A stretch of DNA of 63,482 nt, the filler included, from Reticulomyxa filosa (taxonomy: Eukaryota; Protista; Foraminifera), in the NCBI GenBank assembly GCA_000512085.1. It is 16 parts of 16 records of this genome, joined end to end, with 100 filler letters (N's around TTAATTAATTAA, not from the genome) between each part and the next. Parts side by side here need not be neighbours in the genome. Positions count along the whole stretch, not along the records: positions 60,338 to 61,596 come from ASPP01038209.1; positions 61,697 to 63,482 come from ASPP01014011.1; 14 more parts are not named here. One strand, 5' to 3'. Below are positions 60,385 through 63,482 of the stretch, piece after piece. Below the pieces are notes generated by a model, which worked only from the letters and a program-made list of their open reading frames with translations, had not been told where the DNA came from and did no database searches. The stretch's first letter is position 1. Each line of letters begins with the position of its first letter. The position numbers were made by a program, and so were the translations under genes.

Positions 60385-61596
60385 GCATACCGATGCAAGA
60401 TCAGTCCACTTTGCAAGAACTTGCTTAAAATGATCAGTCATCAATGTAGGAAAGTCTTTGTAATTGGCCTTGGAGATGTTCCAGAGACTGGAGAAGGCAT
60501 GGCTTTCGATCAAATCTTTCAAAGTCTGCATTGTCTTTTGATAGGTTTTTAACTGTTGGAAGACCTTATTGCGTTTGTCGAGAAAGTCGTGAAACGATTC
60601 GAGACGCATATTTTCACAATCTTTTTTGAATTGGCTCAAATCGGCGGAGATGTCTTGGGCGATCAAATAGCGTGTAAACACTTGATTAAAGAGTTTGACA
60701 ATGGTGTCAAAATCGCATTGCACCTCAGATCAGATCGCAAAGCCTTGTGCCACGAACAAAGTTGTTGATCGATATCTGAATCTGCAATGCGCCGACACAC
60801 ACACACACACGACAATGGCAATGGTTTTCTTTTGGAGTCTGTTCGAACAGCGAGCGCAAATGTTTGACCACTTGTCCGAGGCCCTAATGTGTTTGCGATA
60901 CGTGATGGCAATGTTCATCCACTGGTTGCATTTGAAGAGGTAGTCCAACTCCATCAGCAATTGATCCACAGCTGTTGCAGCAATGGGACCGACTTATTTC
61001 CATCTTTTTCTCGTCATCTTTGTGTTCGTCGACCGCACTGGGATGTCGATGAGTGGGTCAATGGATCATCCTCATGAACACGCGATCAAATAGGATGGCC
61101 GAGATCGATTTCTGCGATAAGCAACGTTCGACCAGTTGAAGATCGTCATTGGTCCAAAACGTGCCCTCAATCCAGCTCCATCAAGAATTCGTGATGGAAG
61201 TGATCGGGAATGGTCCAGAACGCAGGTATCGATAGCAAGTGAAACACTTTGTGACGAAAGCAAAGAGGAGTTGTTGAGCCAAGTCTTGTAAAGACCTTGC
61301 CAGACAGTCTTTCCAATGTGTCTCGCTTCATCTCTTCCGTCAAAAATGCTAACTTGTACAACTATATACAATGTAAATTGTATTTTTTTTTTTTTTTTTT
61401 TTGCTGTGAAGTGGTTGCACAGTATACCCAACTGTTGCTATCTCTTGGATGTTGTCGAGAAACGAGTTGTAGTACACGTGCACATATTCACCTTCCACCT
61501 TGAACTGTTGCTCCAAATCCTTACGGACGGACAACACGAAATCAAGTGGTCGATGAGCACAGCTTGCCAACAAATGCTCGAAAATGTTCCTGTCCG
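60385..61596 (-). CDS. Internal exons of a large helical protein, weakly RNF213-like
   Basis: Coding-like exons; LKDLIESHAFSSLW..VLAKWTDL recalls the RNF213 pre-AAA stalk motif (SHxFxxxW). Assignment from memory only. Confidence 0.35.
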
Positions 61597-61749
61597 NNNN
61601 NNNNNNNNNNNNNNNNNNNNNNNNNNNNNNNNNNNNNNNNTTAATTAATTAANNNNNNNNNNNNNNNNNNNNNNNNNNNNNNNNNNNNNNNNNNNNGAGA
61701 GAGAGAGAGAGAAACAAATGTGAATGGTCTGTTCGTCATAAATCAATAG

Positions 61750-62270
61750 TGATCCAAGGTGGAGACTTTACAATGGGTGATGGCCGTGGAGGTGAGTCAA
61801 TCTATGGTTCCAAGTTTGAAGACGAAAACTTTAAAATCAAGTTAAATACATACACTTTTGAGAGAGACTATTGTGTTGATGTGTTTTAAATGTGAACGGA
61901 GTTTCATGCTTTTCGAACATAATACAGACATGAAGGACCAGGCTACTTGTCCATGGCAAATGCCGGTCCGGGCACAAATGGTTCCCAGTTCTTTATCACA
62001 ACTGTCAAAGTTTTGCTTTGTTCACTCTTTTTTTATTGTGTGAAACTCAATGTCACATTTCGATCTGATGTGCTATGGTGCTGGCTTTGCTTTGTGCATA
62101 TTAAGACCTCTTGGTTGGATGGAAAGCACGTAGTGTTTGGTAAGGTATTGGAGGGAATGGAGATTATCAGGAAAATTGAATCGCAAGGCACTCAAAGTGG
62201 AACGCCGAAGGCCAAAGTCCGAATTGCTGATTCTGGTGAGTTGCCAGCTGAATCTGTTAAAGATCTTTGA
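61750..62270 (+). CDS. Cyclophilin-type peptidyl-prolyl isomerase, 3' exons
   Basis: [73 protein letters not shown]. Confidence 0.97.
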
Positions 62271-62744
62271 GACATTACACTCAAAGGAGTGGTGCAAGAC
62301 TGTTTTTTGCTTGTTGCTAAATAATTCAACTTCAAAAAACAAATAAACAAATAAAAAAAAACAACACGTTTTTTTTTGCCATTTCGGGATCACTTGCATC
62401 ATAACATCAATTTCAAAACTCTTCACTGCCAAACATTTGCATAATCTACTTTCCATTTAGACTCTTTTTCATTAGCATGACAAACCAATTTTTAACCCAA
62501 CTTTAGCATACATATCTCTAGGAAAAAATTGTTTGTAATTCCATTTCCACAACTTTATAGTTTTAAAATGGGAAGATACAAAAATATATAGTCATTGCAA
62601 ACCATACCTTCCATATTTGTTGTAACTAGTTTCAATTTTGGGCCTTTCTTAAGCTGTTGAAATGTTTGTAGTAATCCTCGTCATTCTTTCACAAGTGAAG
62701 GGGAAGATCTGACTAAAAAAAAAATTGAATAAAAATAAAAAACA

Positions 62745-62900
62745 ATGGGTTGCTTCGTGGCAAAGGTTGAAAAAGTAGAAGATTTTGTAGAAGAAAAAGC
62801 AACGAATATAAAAGAAGAAATCTATGATTTCGTAGAAAAGCAAGCAGAAATACTTCATGATTTCGTAGAAAAGCAAGCGGAAGTATTGAAACAAAAGTAA
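62745..62900 (+). CDS. Small MGC-start protein (or first exon) with 11-aa repeats
   Basis: MGCFVAKVEKVEDFVEEKATNIKEEIYDFVEKQAEILHDFVEKQAEVLKQK; 33-bp tandem repeat ~62825-62890; ends at TAA overlapping a GTAAG donor. Not in the ORF track (<60 aa). Confidence 0.5.
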   Translation: MGCFVAKVEKVEDFVEEKATNIKEEIYDFVEKQAEILHDFVEKQAEVLKQK

Positions 62901-63155
62901 GCGAAGAGCTATGTTTGTGTGTACATCTCTTTTGAAACATTGCGATTGACAATAATTTTTGTTTGAATGGGTGATGTTGGATTGAAACATGAAGAACGTG
63001 TACAGAAACACCTGAGCCATATTCAAGAGAGGACAAATATTTCATCGAACAATGTGTTACGCGCCAACAATATAATCCCTACTTTTTATTGTTGTGTGTC
63101 TTTGTTTTGTTACAATGAACAACTACTGAAGTAAAGGCAGTCTGACTATACATGC

Positions 63156-63189
<34 letters not shown>

Positions 63190-63482
63190 GTACTTGTAAC
63201 AAGCGGATTAAAAAAGGACTAGGATCATCATGCACCCCTCCCCCCCTCCTTATTCGTACACTATGTAGTTGCATGTGCCAAGACTTGTGTGACAACCGAA
63301 TCAAAAACAAGCAAACAAACAAACAAAATTAGGTAGCGTTGATAACCCACGAGAGTTATGATGAATCAAAAGACACTGGGGCCACACTTATCTTGTGTCA
63401 TAAATTATTCGGAACTTCGCAGTTGATTGATGTCATTGCAAAAAAAAAAAAAAAAAAAAAAAAAACAAAATTTTTTTTTTTT

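Noticed and set aside
14214-61696. Recurring TTAATTAATTAA palindrome within N-runs, superficially a regularly repeated element
   Set aside because: Identical 100-nt spacer with stops in all six frames; an artificial contig joiner. ORFs containing X are artefacts.
62820-62890. 33-bp direct repeat resembling a mini-CRISPR
   Set aside because: Tandem with no spacers, in frame within a coding-like ORF, eukaryotic context, no cas genes.

Overview
Eukaryotic, AT-rich, intron-rich genomic DNA. The window is 16 separate contigs joined by 15 artificial 100-nt spacers (N-run + TTAATTAATTAA + N-run), so adjacency across spacers means nothing. From the expanded gene families (WD40, Kelch-like, caspase-like/TPR, PUB-like) and the intron style I infer a foraminiferan such as Reticulomyxa; this is recognition from memory, not a database result. 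Contig 1 (1-14213) is gene-dense: condensin CAP-G, a Cys-less pentameric ligand-gated ion channel, a TM/coiled-coil protein, an EF-hand protein, SKP1, BBS1 and a secreted CBM9-like protein. Other contigs hold an LRR protein, importin-5, cyclophilin, a large coiled-coil protein, an FMR1/FXR-like RG-rich protein, a Kelch-linker-WD40 fusion, a PB1-like/caspase-like/TPR protein, PUB-like family members, two decayed Tc1 transposases and several pseudogenes (actin, Hsp70, WD40). Most notable observations: (1) most inferred introns start GTT rather than GTR and several have poly-A rather than polypyrimidine acceptors; (2) a GC-rich, highly foldable ~250-nt island with no coding explanation (37557-37800); (3) an immune-receptor-like caspase-TPR gene divergent from a PUB/ART-like relic, on a contig bracketed by inverted copies of a ~46-bp motif; (4) decayed copies appear dominated by G:C>T:A transversions. 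All exon boundaries were read by eye and are approximate.
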